A DNA stretch of 64,000 bases from an uncultured Solirubrobacterales bacterium (GTDB lineage: Bacteria; Actinomycetota; Thermoleophilia; Solirubrobacterales; 70-9). The notes under the pieces are model-generated. The model was given only the letters and a program-made list of their open reading frames with translations, did no database searches and was not told where the DNA came from. Below are positions 9,747-19,239 of this stretch, piece by piece. The DNA lies in NCBI GenBank assembly GCA_963696185.1, contig OY968825.1:1244412-1308411 (forward strand), written 5' to 3'. A program made the translations under genes and the position numbers. The number at the start of each line of letters is the position of its first letter. Within the stretch, counting starts at the first letter, position 1.

Positions 9747-12257
9747 GGGGACTCGCGGCGCAGGCGCGGGTGGCCGTCCTGCTGACCCACCACCTGCTGC
9801 ATGTGATTGGGCGCCAGCGGGCGCGGGCGCTGGTGCTCTGGGCGGCGCTGTCGGTGGCGCTCGGGATCGGCATCGGCCTGCTCGCCTTCGTGACCAGCAT
9901 CGAAGACTCGTTCCGCGCGCGAGGGCGGGCGGTGGGCGGCATCTCCGACGTTCAGGTCGAAGCCGTCACCCAGTCGTCGTCGCTCCCCGCCGGCCTCGCC
10001 GGGCGGCTGGCGCGCATCGCCGGCACGCGCTACGCGGTGCCGACGGCGCAGCAGCGGGTCGCGCTGGAATTCGGGGGGAGGGAAACCGTGGCGACCGCGA
10101 TCGGCATCGACCGCTCCGCCCGCCGCCTGCGCAGCGCCGTTCAGCGCGAGCTGGACGTGGAAAGCGGCGATTCGGCGCGCCGCGGCCTGACCCTGAGCCG
10201 CCGGCTCGCCAGCGAGGCTCGGCGGCGTCAAGCGGGGCGAGCGGGTGAAGCTCTTCGCCTACGAACGCTCGTCGAGCCTCCGGGTGGCGCGCGTCGTCGA
10301 CGCCGACCCGGCAATCGCCGACGTGCTCACCCTTCCCCGGGCGCAGCTCGAGCGACTGCGCGGGGCCCCCGGCAGGCCGACCGCGATCTACGTGAAGGTC
10401 CGCCCAGGCGTCTCGATCGCCGCCTGGGAGCGCCGCGCGGACCGCGTCCTGCCCGCCGCCGGCCGCCTCACCACGGCGGCCGAGAACCAGGGCGAGCTGA
10501 GCCACGTCCTCGACTTCACGGTGCGCGCCCCCACCTTCGTCTTCGGGCTCGTCGTGCTGGCGATCGCCGGGTTGCTCGTCTACATCCTGCAGCTGATGCG
10601 GATGCTGGAGCGCCAGGAGGACATCGGACTGCTGCGGGCGCTCGGCTCCGGGCGGGCGGCGCCGATCCTCGCCGAGAGTGCCGTCCTCGTCCTGCTGCTC
10701 GCCGCCGCGATCGTTCCCGGGGTGTTCATTGGCGCGCCGATCGCCCACTATCTGGCGGCTCAGGTCCCCTCCTACCTGACCGACGTGTTCGGCTTCAACA
10801 TGCAGGTGGAGGTGCGCCCGGAGATCGTCGCGGTCATCGCGGCCATGGCGCTGGCGGTGGGGGTCGCCGCCACGGTCGGCGCGCTGGCCTCGGCCCGCGG
10901 CTCGATCGCCGAGCAGCTCGGACGCTCGCCGCAGGCCGGCGCGACCGTGACCTCGACGATCTCGCCACGCGCCGCCCTGGCGCTGCTCGCGAGCGGCGCG
11001 ACCCTCCTCGCGATCGGCCTCCTGCTCGGCAGACAGGACCTGTTCCCGCTCTCCGTGGTGACGATCCTGATCGGCCTCGCTCTCACCACCCCGGGCGTCG
11101 TCGGCCTGGCGGCTTTGGCGCTCGGCCGGCGCGGCGGCGGGGGGTCGAAGGCGGTCCTGGTGGCGCGCTCGGCAATCGAGGCCAACCCCCGCCGCGCCGC
11201 CCTCGCCGCTGCGATCATGGCGCTCGGCATCGCCGCCGTCGTGCCCCCGCAGCTAGCCGAACGGGCCCTGGTCCAGCGCAAGGATCGCCTCGTCGAATCG
11301 ATCCGGCCCGGCGCACAGGAGCTGATCGCCGGCGAAGACGCCTTCCACAGCGTCCCGATCACGGCCCGCTTCGCACGGCACGCGCTTCGCGATGGAGCGG
11401 CGAGCGACCCGACCGTGTTCGCCTTCGTCTCCTACCGGGGCCGCAAGATCGAGCTGCGGGCGGTCGACCCGCACCGCCTCGACGGCGTGCTGCGGCAGGG
11501 AATCGGCCTGCCGCGTGCCCTGCCCGAGCTGCGGCGCGAACCGCGCGGCATCCTGATCTCGAAGGTGATGGCCGCCGGGCTGGGCCTCTCGAGCGGCGAC
11601 ACGATCGAGCTGCAAACCGTCGCCGGGCCACGCCGCATGAAGGTCCTCGGCGAGGTCGAGGACGTGGCCTGGCCGTCCGGGACCATCTACATGGACATTG
11701 GCCGCTACCGGCAGCTGTTCCGCACCAGGGCCATCAACGTGCTCGCGGTGCGCCGGCGCGGTCTCGTCGACGCGAAGGCGCTCGACCGGCTCCGCCCACT
11801 CCACACCTTCTCGGGGAGCAGGCTGGTGGGAAGGATCAACGAACAGATGGACAAGAGCACCCGGAGCCTGCTCGCGATGCGGATCCTCACCCTGCTCGCC
11901 TCGGTGGTCGCCGTCGGCGGCATCCTCGCCACCGGGGTCTTCGCGCGGCGCCGCGAGTGGGCGGTGCTGAGGGCGATGGGGATGCGCAGCGGCGGGCTGT
12001 TCGCGGCGCTGGCACTGGAGACGCTGCTGGTGATGGCGCTTGGGGGGCTCTGCGGCGCGATCGGCGGGGTCGTCTCCTACCTGGGCCCGGCCGTGGGCTT
12101 CCTCGAGTCGCAGGGCTACGTGATCGACCACAGCGTCGTGCCGGGAACGGTCGCCGTCATCGTCACCGGCGCCGTGCTGTTGGGGACGGTCGCGGCGGCG
12201 CTGCCGGCCTGGCTGACGGCCCGCGCGCCGCTCGCCGAGGCGCTCTCCTACGAGTAA
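9743..12257 (+). pseudogene. ABC transporter permease with two FtsX-like domains (MacB-type), one apparent frameshift near 10214-10220
   Basis: The ATG at 9743 overlaps the upstream stop (ATGA). The N-terminus is in ORF 9743..12940 (LVLWAALSVALGIGIGLLAFVTSIEDSFR...GLTLSRRLASE). The rest is in ORF 10245..12257 (VKLFAYERSS...EDIGLLRALGSGR...REWAVLRAMGMRSG...LTARAPLAEALSYE*). Removing one G restores ASELGGVKRGERVKLF. Confidence 0.8.
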
Positions 12258-12260
12258 GCG

Positions 12261-12890
12261 ATGCCCCCCGGCCGGTCAGAGCCCGCCGCCCCGCCGCCCC
12301 GCCGCCCTCGCGGCGGCGCGACCCGGGAGCGGCTGCTCGCCGCCGCGATCGAGCTGCTCGAGGAGGGCGGCTACGCGGCGGCCTCGGTCGCGGCGATCGC
12401 GAAGCGCAGCGGCGTCGCCGCCGGCACCCTGTACAGGCACTTCCCCTCGAAGGCGGATCTGTTCGTCGAGGTGTTCCGCACCGTCGCCGAGCGGGAGCTG
12501 GCCGCCCTGCGCGAGGCCAGCTCGGGGCCGGGCCGCGTGGCCGCGAAGCTGGAAGCGGTGGTGCGCGAGTTCACGAGCAGCTCCCTGGCCCAGCCGCGGC
12601 TCGCCTGGGCGCTCGGCTACGAGCCGGTCGACCCGCTGGTCGACGCCGAGCGGCTCGCCTACCGCCAGACCTACCGCGAGCGCCTGGCCGACCTGCTCCG
12701 GGCGGGCATCGCGCGTGGCGAGCTGCCGGCTCAGGACGCCGACCTGGCGGCCGCTGCGCTGATCGGCGCGATCAGCGAGGCGCTGGTCGGCCCGCTGTCC
12801 CCGCTGGCCAGAGGGGATGTCACGGTCGGGGAGATCGTCGACTCCCTGTCGCTCCTCTGCCGGCGTGCCATCGGGGCGAGCGAGCCCTGA
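12261..12890 (+). CDS. TetR/AcrR family transcriptional regulator
   Basis: ORF 12261..12890. N-terminal HTH TRERLLAAAIELLEEGGYAAASVAAIAKRSGVAAGTLYRHFPSKADLF. Confidence 0.85.
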   Translation: MPPGRSEPAAPPPRRPRGGATRERLLAAAIELLEEGGYAAASVAAIAKRSGVAAGTLYRHFPSKADLFVEVFRTVAERELAALREASSGPGRVAAKLEAVVREFTSSSLAQPRLAWALGYEPVDPLVDAERLAYRQTYRERLADLLRAGIARGELPAQDADLAAAALIGAISEALVGPLSPLARGDVTVGEIVDSLSLLCRRAIGASEP

Positions 12891-12891
12891 T

Positions 12892-13272
12892 TCAGGAGCC
12901 TTCCGCTGGCCGGCGCAGGGCGCGGCGAACGAGCTCGTAGGCGACGAAGAGGACCAGCGCAGCGAAGGACAGTTCGAGCGCCCGCTGCGGTACCGCGTTG
13001 GCAACCCCGACCCCGATCAGGACGCCGAGGGGCGAGAGCAGGCCGATCACGGCCGCGTCACGGAGGTGGACGTTGCCGTAGGCCCTCTGGCGGGTGGCGC
13101 CGACCAGGGCGACGATCACGATCATCAGCAGCGAGGTCGACTCCCCCTGCACCTGCGAGAGGCCGATGAAGATCGTCAGCGCCGGCACGAAGAGGACGCC
13201 GCCGCCGACCCCGACGAGGCCGCCGGCGAGGCCGCCGGCGAGGGCGATCAGCGCCGCGAGAACCTCGTTCAT
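12892..13272 (-). CDS. TauE/SafE (DUF81) family anion exporter, half-size (4-TM) protein, downstream half
   Basis: ORF 12892..13272. Very hydrophobic, with GGLVGVGGGVLFVPAL and C-terminal PQRALELSFAALVLFVAYELV. It is a paralogue of the adjacent half. Confidence 0.7.
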   Translation of the reverse strand: MNEVLAALIALAGGLAGGLVGVGGGVLFVPALTIFIGLSQVQGESTSLLMIVIVALVGATRQRAYGNVHLRDAAVIGLLSPLGVLIGVGVANAVPQRALELSFAALVLFVAYELVRRALRRPAEGS

Positions 13273-13285
13273 CGCTTGCCGCCCC

Positions 13286-13651
13286 TCACGGGATTATCAG
13301 CTCGACCGCCACCGCCACGAGCAGAGCCGCGAAGAGGAAGGAGACGGCGCGCTGCGGGATCCGCTGCTGGATCGCGGTGCCGGCGACGACGCCGACGACC
13401 GCCGGGATCGAGAGCAGCAGCGCGGTGGCGACGTGGACGTTGCCGTAGATGCCGCCCTCGGCGAGGGCGCCGAGCAGGCCGATCAGGACGATCGCAGCCA
13501 GGCTGGTCCCGGTCGCGAGCCGCTCCCCGTAGCCGAGCCAGAAGATCAGCAGGGGCACGATCACGGAGCCGCCGCCGACCCCGAAGAGGCCGCTGAAGAT
13601 CCCGGCCAGGGTGCCGATGACGGCGAGTTTCAAAGTCCGGCGGGAGGACAT
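13286..13651 (-). CDS. TauE/SafE (DUF81) family anion exporter, half-size (4-TM) protein, upstream half
   Basis: ORF 13286..13651. Contains GIFSGLFGVGGGSVIVPLL and IPQRAVSFLFAALLVAVAVELI. A 13-nt gap separates it from the next half-gene. Confidence 0.7.
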   Translation of the reverse strand: MSSRRTLKLAVIGTLAGIFSGLFGVGGGSVIVPLLIFWLGYGERLATGTSLAAIVLIGLLGALAEGGIYGNVHVATALLLSIPAVVGVVAGTAIQQRIPQRAVSFLFAALLVAVAVELIIP

Positions 13652-13668
13652 CGCGCGATACTAGTGCC

Positions 13669-14490
13669 GTGTCTCCCGGATCCGGCACAGGGGTGGGCGA
13701 GGTTGGGCTCGCGCTGCTCGCGCCGCTGCGCGCCGAGCCCGCCCGCGCGGCGATTCTCACCGACGTCGACGGGACGCTCGCCCCGATCGCCGAACGGCCC
13801 GACCAGGTCGCGGTGCCGGCTCGCACGACGGAGCTGCTGGAAGCGCTGAGCCGGCGCTTCGGGATGGTCGGCTGCGTCTCCGGCCGGCGGGCGGAGGAGG
13901 CACGGCGCCTGGTCGGCGTCGAGGGGATCGCCTTCGCCGGCAACCACGGGCTCGAGCTGCTGCTGCCGGGCGACACGGCGCCGCGGCTCGACCCCTCGCT
14001 GCAGGGGCGCGAGGATGGGACTGCGGAGTTCGTCGCCGGGCTCGACGGCGGGGCGCTGGCCGCCGCCGGCCTGCGGCTGGAGGACAAGGGGCCGATCCAG
14101 GCGCTGCACTGGCGCGGCGCCGCGGACGAGCGCGGCGCCGAGGCTCGCGCCCGCGAGATCGCGGCGGCGGCGGGCCGGGCCGGGCTCGATCCGCGCTGGG
14201 GCCGCAAGGTGCTGGAGCTGCGGCCGGTCGGCGGTGGCGGCAAGGACGCCGCGGTGGCGGCGCTGCTCGCCGCCGACGGGTTCGGCGCCGCCGTCTACGC
14301 GGGCGACGACCGCACCGACCTCGACGCCTTCCGCCGCCTGCGCGAGCTGCGCGAGCAGGGCGAGCTGGAGACCGCGGTCTGCGTCGGCGTCGCCTCCCCC
14401 GAGGCGCCGCCGGAGCTGGCCGAGGAGTCCGACCTGACCGTCGACGGCCCGGAGGGCTGGCTGGACCTGCTCGAGTCGCTCGCCGGGTAA
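13669..14490 (+). CDS. otsB: Trehalose-6-phosphate phosphatase (HAD-IIB)
   Basis: ORF 13669..14490 (GTG start). Contains ILTDVDGTLAPI (DxDGT), VSGRRAEE, GNHGLE, LELRPVGGGGKDAAV and YAGDDRTDLDAF. Confidence 0.8.
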   Translation: MSPGSGTGVGEVGLALLAPLRAEPARAAILTDVDGTLAPIAERPDQVAVPARTTELLEALSRRFGMVGCVSGRRAEEARRLVGVEGIAFAGNHGLELLLPGDTAPRLDPSLQGREDGTAEFVAGLDGGALAAAGLRLEDKGPIQALHWRGAADERGAEARAREIAAAAGRAGLDPRWGRKVLELRPVGGGGKDAAVAALLAADGFGAAVYAGDDRTDLDAFRRLRELREQGELETAVCVGVASPEAPPELAEESDLTVDGPEGWLDLLESLAG

Positions 14491-14492
14491 CG

Positions 14493-15005
14493 ATGCCCTA
14501 CACCGACCTGCTGCGCATCACCGTCCTCCTGACCGCCGCCGAGGCGACGGTCCTGGGGGCGATCACCGCGATCGCGGCCGGCCGCGACAACGACACGACG
14601 ACGCTCCTCGTCGCCGCCGTCTGGTGGCTGGCGGCGGTGGCGATCGGATTCCAGCTCGGCCGCCCCCAGCGCGCCGCCGACGGCGTCCGCGACGCCCTCT
14701 CCCGCGCCCGCACCGCGACCTCGCTGCCCGACGAGACGCCGGCGCGGATCGCCGTCGGCCGCCTCTGGCCGATCGGCCTCATCACCCTCGCGGCCGGCGT
14801 CCTCGGCATCTTCCTCCCCGGCGTGGCGGCGATCGGCGCCGGCTACGCGCTGCTCGTCGCCCTCGCAATGCGCACCCGCGAGGCGGCCGTGCTCGGCATC
14901 GAGCACCGCGACGGGGTCAAGTTCTACGTCGTCCCCAACTCGGCCCTGCGCCCGATCGAGCTCGTCCGCACCCCGGGCCTGCGCAGCGACCACCTACACT
15001 TCTAA
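14493..15005 (+). CDS. Hypothetical integral membrane protein (about 4 TM)
   Basis: ORF 14493..15005 with hydrophobic segments ITVLLTAAEATVLGAITAIAAG, LLVAAVWWLAAVAIGF, LWPIGLITLAAGVLGIFLPGVAAIGAGYALLVALA. No motif recognised. Confidence 0.55.
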   Translation: MPYTDLLRITVLLTAAEATVLGAITAIAAGRDNDTTTLLVAAVWWLAAVAIGFQLGRPQRAADGVRDALSRARTATSLPDETPARIAVGRLWPIGLITLAAGVLGIFLPGVAAIGAGYALLVALAMRTREAAVLGIEHRDGVKFYVVPNSALRPIELVRTPGLRSDHLHF

Positions 15006-15139
15006 GCAGACGGCCCGCCGAAGCGGTGCCAGCTTCCTGCTGATCCTCCAACCCCTAGCGTTCCCAGACATTGCCGCAAGGGTCTATTGATTTCACGGCG
15101 CACCGTGTTGTCGGCGCCGGAAATCTTGTGACGGCAGGC

Positions 15140-15517
15140 TCAGGCGGCAGCCGGGGCCAAACGCTCCAGCGCGTGCCGGCCGATATCCGCTCGGACGGGG
15201 GGGATGTCCGGAGCGGGGGGCGTTTCCTTGTGCCGGTAGGAAACCTCGACGGTGATCCGCTGGAGAAGCTCGTTCCGCAATCGGGCGAACCGGCCAAGTG
15301 GGATCGGCTCGATCAGCAGCTCAAGATCGCTCGCCCCGACGATGACCGCCGGCCGACCTTCGTGCAGGTAACGCCACAGGATGCGGTCGGTCTGAGGGCT
15401 CTCCTGCCAGGGGATGAAGGCGGCGCCGTGCGGGTAGCCGGGGTCGGCGTCGCTGGTGGCGGCGTCTTTGAAGGCCGACAGGGCTGCATCCTCGGCGGGC
15501 GTACGCATAGTCGTCAC
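15140..15517 (-). CDS. Hypothetical protein (downstream gene of an orphan two-gene cassette)
   Basis: ORF 15140..15517. Its GTG start overlaps the upstream stop (GTGA); an alternative ATG is at 15508. Normal amino-acid composition, unlike the overlapping plus-strand ORFs. No motif recognised. Confidence 0.5.
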   Translation of the reverse strand: MTTMRTPAEDAALSAFKDAATSDADPGYPHGAAFIPWQESPQTDRILWRYLHEGRPAVIVGASDLELLIEPIPLGRFARLRNELLQRITVEVSYRHKETPPAPDIPPVRADIGRHALERLAPAAA

Positions 15518-15936
15518 GAGATTAGCTCCGTCCAGTTGTCGGCAAACCAGTCGATGATCTTCGCCATCGCGTCGTTTGTGCCTGAAATCTCGAAGGGAAG
15601 CGGCTCGGCGGCTTGCTTCTCTCCCTCAAGGTATCGGTGGCAATGGTGCTCGTCAACATGGCGGTCGACGTGGGAGTTGTCGGCCACGACGCGGGTTTCC
15701 CAGCCCTCTGCGCCACGAACCTGAAGCAGGATCGCGTACTCGATCGGCCGGGCGCTGGAGCGGCGGTAGACGATCTGGACGTCCTCGGTACCGGCAACCG
15801 GATGAACGCTCTCTCGATCCTTGTCCACGGCGAGGAAGCTATAGGCCCGAACAGAAGCGCGTTCAGGCGGCACCACAGGCTGCAGTTGCTCCCCCACGCT
15901 GTAGGCGATCGAGAGCGGCGACCCGCCGACGTCCAC
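15514..15936 (-). CDS. Hypothetical protein with His-rich motif, faintly TumE/DUF6516-like
   Basis: ORF 15514..15936 (GTG start; the true start is uncertain). Motif VVADNSHVDRHVDEHHCHRYLEGE resembles, from memory, the DNxxH...HHxH pattern of TumE-type TA toxins. This is a weak call. Confidence 0.45.
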   Translation of the reverse strand: MDVGGSPLSIAYSVGEQLQPVVPPERASVRAYSFLAVDKDRESVHPVAGTEDVQIVYRRSSARPIEYAILLQVRGAEGWETRVVADNSHVDRHVDEHHCHRYLEGEKQAAEPLPFEISGTNDAMAKIIDWFADNWTELIS

Positions 15937-16027
15937 CGGCGGGGGCGACCGCCGCTCGCGCGGCCGCCCGAGGCTAAACCCGGCGCCGTTGTGTGTGTGA
16001 GGCGAAAGTGAAAATTCTCTGTGACAC

Positions 16028-17750
16028 TTACTTCAGGCATCGCTTGAACTCCCGCCAGCCGCGGGTGTTGGCGACGTCGGCGGCGGTCAGCCAGGCGCGG
16101 CGGGCGGTGGCGACCGCGTAGGCCATGTTGTCGAGCGTGTCGATGCCGTGGGCGTCGGTGCTGAGGACGATCGTGGCGCCGGCCTCCGCCGCCAGCCGCG
16201 CGTGGTGCTCGGAGAGGTCGCGGCGATTCGGGTTGCCGTTGATCTCCAGCATCGTGCCGGTCCGCGCCGCCGCCTCGACCACGGCCTCGACGTCGATCGC
16301 ATAGGGCTCGCGGCGGCCGATCAACCGCCCGGTCAGGTGGCCGAGGCAGTCGACGTGGGGGTTCTCGATCGCCGCCAGGACGCGCTCTGTCATCGCCCGC
16401 TCGGAGATCGCGAACGAGGTGTGGACGCTGGCCACCACCCAGTCGAGCGCCGCCAGCAGGTCCTCGGGGTAGTCGAGCGAGCCGTCGAGGCCGACGTTGA
16501 CCTCGGAGCCGGCGAGCAGGCGGAAGCCGCGCTTTCCCCGGTTCCACTCGCGCACCTCCTCGATCCGCTTCCAGAGCCGCTCCGCCGTGACGTTGTCGCC
16601 GAAGCCGTGGCTGGCGGAGTGGTCGGTGATCGCCAGGTAGGCGTAGCCGCGCTCGCGAGCCGCCGCCGCCATCTCCCGAGCGTGTTGCGGCCGTCGGAGA
16701 GGGTCGTGTGGCAGTGCAGGTCGCCGCGGACGTCGCCGAGCGCGACGAGGTCGGGCAGCCTCCCCTCTCGTGCCGCCTCCAGCTCGCCCCGCCCCTCGCG
16801 CAGCTCCGGCTCGACGTAGGCGTAGCCGAGCCGCTCGTAGACCCGCTCCTCGCTCGCGCAGAGCTCGACCTCGCCCGTCTCGGTGTCGGTGATGCCGTGC
16901 TCGGAGACCGAGAGGCCGCGCGCCACCGCTTCTTCGCGCAGCTGCACGTTGTGGGCCTTCGAGCCGGTGAAGTGCTGGAGCAGGTTGCCGAACGCGTCGG
17001 GGGGGACGATCCGCAGGTCGACCGAGACGCCGTTGTGGGTCTGGGCCCGCACGCCGTTCGGGCCCGGCGTCCCCGCCGCGGCGATCAGCGGGTGGGCGGC
17101 CAGGTGCTCGGCCAGCGCCGTCGGCTCCTCGGCGGTCGCGATCAGGTCGATGTCCTTGCAGGTCTCGGCCCAGCGCCGCACCGAGCCGGCCACCGCGACC
17201 CGCCTGGCGGCCGGGTGCTCGCGCAGCGCCGCCGCCAGCTCCTCGGCGATCGGGCGCACCGCGGAGAGCAGCAGGCGGCCGGGACCCTCGCCGGGCTCGC
17301 CGAGCCGGCTCCAGCGCCGCCAGGACGTTCTCCTCGACTTTCGGGCCGAGCCCCTTCAGCTCGCGGATCCGTTGCGCCTCCGCCGCCGCCTTCAGGTCCT
17401 CCAGCGAGGCGACCCCCAGCTCCTCGATAGAGGCGCCGCGCCGTCTTCGCCCCCAGCCCGGGCACCCGCGTCACCGCGATCAGCGTCGGTGGGAACTTCT
17501 CCTTCAGCCTCGTCGCGGCGGGGATCTCGCCCGTCGCCAGCAGGGTGTCGATTTTCTCCGCCAGCGTCTTGCCGACGCCCGGGATCTCGGTCGCCCGCCC
17601 CGCGGCGGCGAGCTCGGCCACCGAGACCGGGCTTTCGCGGATCGCCTTGGCGGCGGCGCCGTAGGCGAGCACCCGGTACTTGATCGCGCCGTCCAGCTCG
17701 TAGAGCACGGCCAGCTCCTCGAGCGCGGCGGCGATCTCCGCATTGGTCAC
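16028..17750 (-). pseudogene. DNA polymerase X family protein with C-terminal PHP domain (PolX), apparent frameshifts
   Basis: Stitched from three ORFs. 17142..17750 has the HhH motifs GVGKTLAEKI and PGLGAKTARRLY. 16390..17259 has GSVRRWAETCKDIDLI, GNLLQHFTGSKAHNV and DLHCHTTLSDG. 16028..16672 has the PHP region YLAITDHSASHG...VLSTDAHG and ends KRCLK* with TAA at 16028-16030. Confidence 0.85.
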
Positions 17751-17825
17751 GGCTGCAAGTTAGCCGCCCGCGGCGGTCGCTCCTTTAGCCGCGCTTTGGC
17801 TTCGCGGCTAGCATCCCGTCGGCCG

Positions 17826-18601
17826 ATGGCCGAGACGAGTCACGCGCGGGGGCCGCCTGGCTGGTCCTCCCCACATACAACGAGGCCGAGAACGTCGAGG
17901 CGTTCGTCGCCGCGGTACGCGCCAAGCTGCCCGCCTCCGCCCAGGTCCTGATCGTCGACGACAACTCGCCCGACGGGACCGGGCGGATCGCCGACCGCCT
18001 CGCCGCCGAGCACGAGAACGTCGAGGTCCTGCACCGGGAGCGCAAGGAAGGGCTCGGGCCCGCCTACGTCGCCGGCTTCCGCCGCGCCCTGGCCGGCGGC
18101 GCCGGGCTCGTCCTCGAGATGGACTCCGACTTCTCCCACGACCCGGCCTACCTGCCGCGCCTGCTCGACGCCGCGGAGCGGGCCGACCTGGTGATCGGCT
18201 CCCGCTACGTGCCGGGTGGCGGGGTCGGCGACTGGGGCCCGCTGCGGCGGGCGATCAGCCGCGGCGGCAGCGCCTACGCGCGGGCCGTGCTCGGCATCGG
18301 CGTCCACGACCTGACCGGCGGCTTCAAGTGCTTCCGGCGCGAGGTGCTCGAGACGATCGACCTCGACTCGATCGAGTCGCGCGGCTACGCCTTCCAGGTC
18401 GAGCTGACCTACCGGGCGATCCAGCTGGGCTTCGACGTCGTCGAGGTCCCGATCGTCTTCCGCGACCGCCGCGCCGGCTCCTCGAAGATGAGCCGCTCGA
18501 TCGTCGCCGAGGCCGCCTGGCGGGTGCCTCTTCTACGCTTCAGGGGCGGCCGCGGCGAGCGGTCCCGGGCGGGTGCCGAGGACCCTCGCTATACTTTCTG
18601 A
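17826..18601 (+). pseudogene. GT2 polyprenol/dolichol-phosphate mannosyltransferase (Ppm1-like), one apparent frameshift in the G-run at 17848-17852
   Basis: ATG at 17826 gives MAETSHARG. The frame of ORF 18119..18601, extended upstream, reads AWLVLPTYNEAENVEAFV...VDDNSPDGTGRIA...GLGPAYVAGF...EMDSDFSHDP. One extra G would join the two frames. Confidence 0.8.
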
Positions 18602-18643
18602 AGTATTGAGAGGCGAACCCCGACTCCCAGGAGATCGATTCCA

Positions 18644-18970
18644 GTGACAGGCAAGCTCCACGACGTGACAGACGCCACCTTCAAGTCCGACGTGCTGGAG
18701 GCCGAGGGCCCCGTGCTCGTCGACTTCTGGGCCCCCTGGTGCGGCCCCTGCCGCGTCGTCCACCCCGTCCTTGAGGAGATCGACGCCGAGCGCGAGGATC
18801 TGCGGATCGTCAGCGTCAACGTCGACGAGAACCAGCAGACCGCGGCTCAGTACGAGGTCCTCTCGATCCCGACCCTGATCCTCTTCAAGGACGGGGCGAT
18901 CGCCAAGAAGGTGGTCGGAGCGATGCCGAAGCGGCGCCTCGAGGCCGAGCTGGAGCCGGCGCTCGCCTAG
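18644..18970 (+). CDS. trxA: Thioredoxin
   Basis: ORF 18644..18970 (GTG start with AGGAG upstream). Contains VLVDFWAPWCGPCRVVHP (WCGPC active site) and IPTLILFKDG. Confidence 0.9.
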   Translation: MTGKLHDVTDATFKSDVLEAEGPVLVDFWAPWCGPCRVVHPVLEEIDAEREDLRIVSVNVDENQQTAAQYEVLSIPTLILFKDGAIAKKVVGAMPKRRLEAELEPALA

Positions 18971-19009
18971 AGCGAGAGCGCCCGCGCGAGTCCCGAGCCG
19001 AGCGAGCCG

Positions 19010-19189
19010 ATGCCCTTCGTCCACATCCACTGGTTCGAGGGCCGCAGCGACGAGCAGAAGGCGGAGATCGCAAGGCGCGTCGAAGCGGCCCTGATCGACG
19101 TCGCCGGCGCCGCCCCCGAGCACTGCTGGATCAAGTTCTCCGACTCCCCGAAGTCGGACTTCATCATCGGCGAGCCGGCCGAGGACTGA
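19010..19189 (+). CDS. 4-oxalocrotonate tautomerase family protein (59 aa)
   Basis: My translation: MPFVHIHWFEGRSDEQKAEIARRVEAALIDVAGAAPEHCWIKFSDSPKSDFIIGEPAED*. The N-terminal Met-Pro and the GRSxEQK pattern fit the family. Below the ORF-track length cutoff. Confidence 0.65.
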   Translation: MPFVHIHWFEGRSDEQKAEIARRVEAALIDVAGAAPEHCWIKFSDSPKSDFIIGEPAED

Positions 19190-19211
19190 GCGGTTCCGCG
19201 GAGCCGCTCGG

Positions 19212-19233
19212 GCCGCTGTGCGCCTACAGCGGC
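19212..19233. terminator. GC hairpin between convergent genes (8-bp stem GCCGCTGT/ACAGCGGC, 6-nt loop)
   Basis: Read directly. It lies between the tautomerase stop (19189) and the M50 protease stop (19240). There is no U-tract, so the terminator role is inferred. Confidence 0.35.
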
Positions 19234-19239
19234 ACCGAG

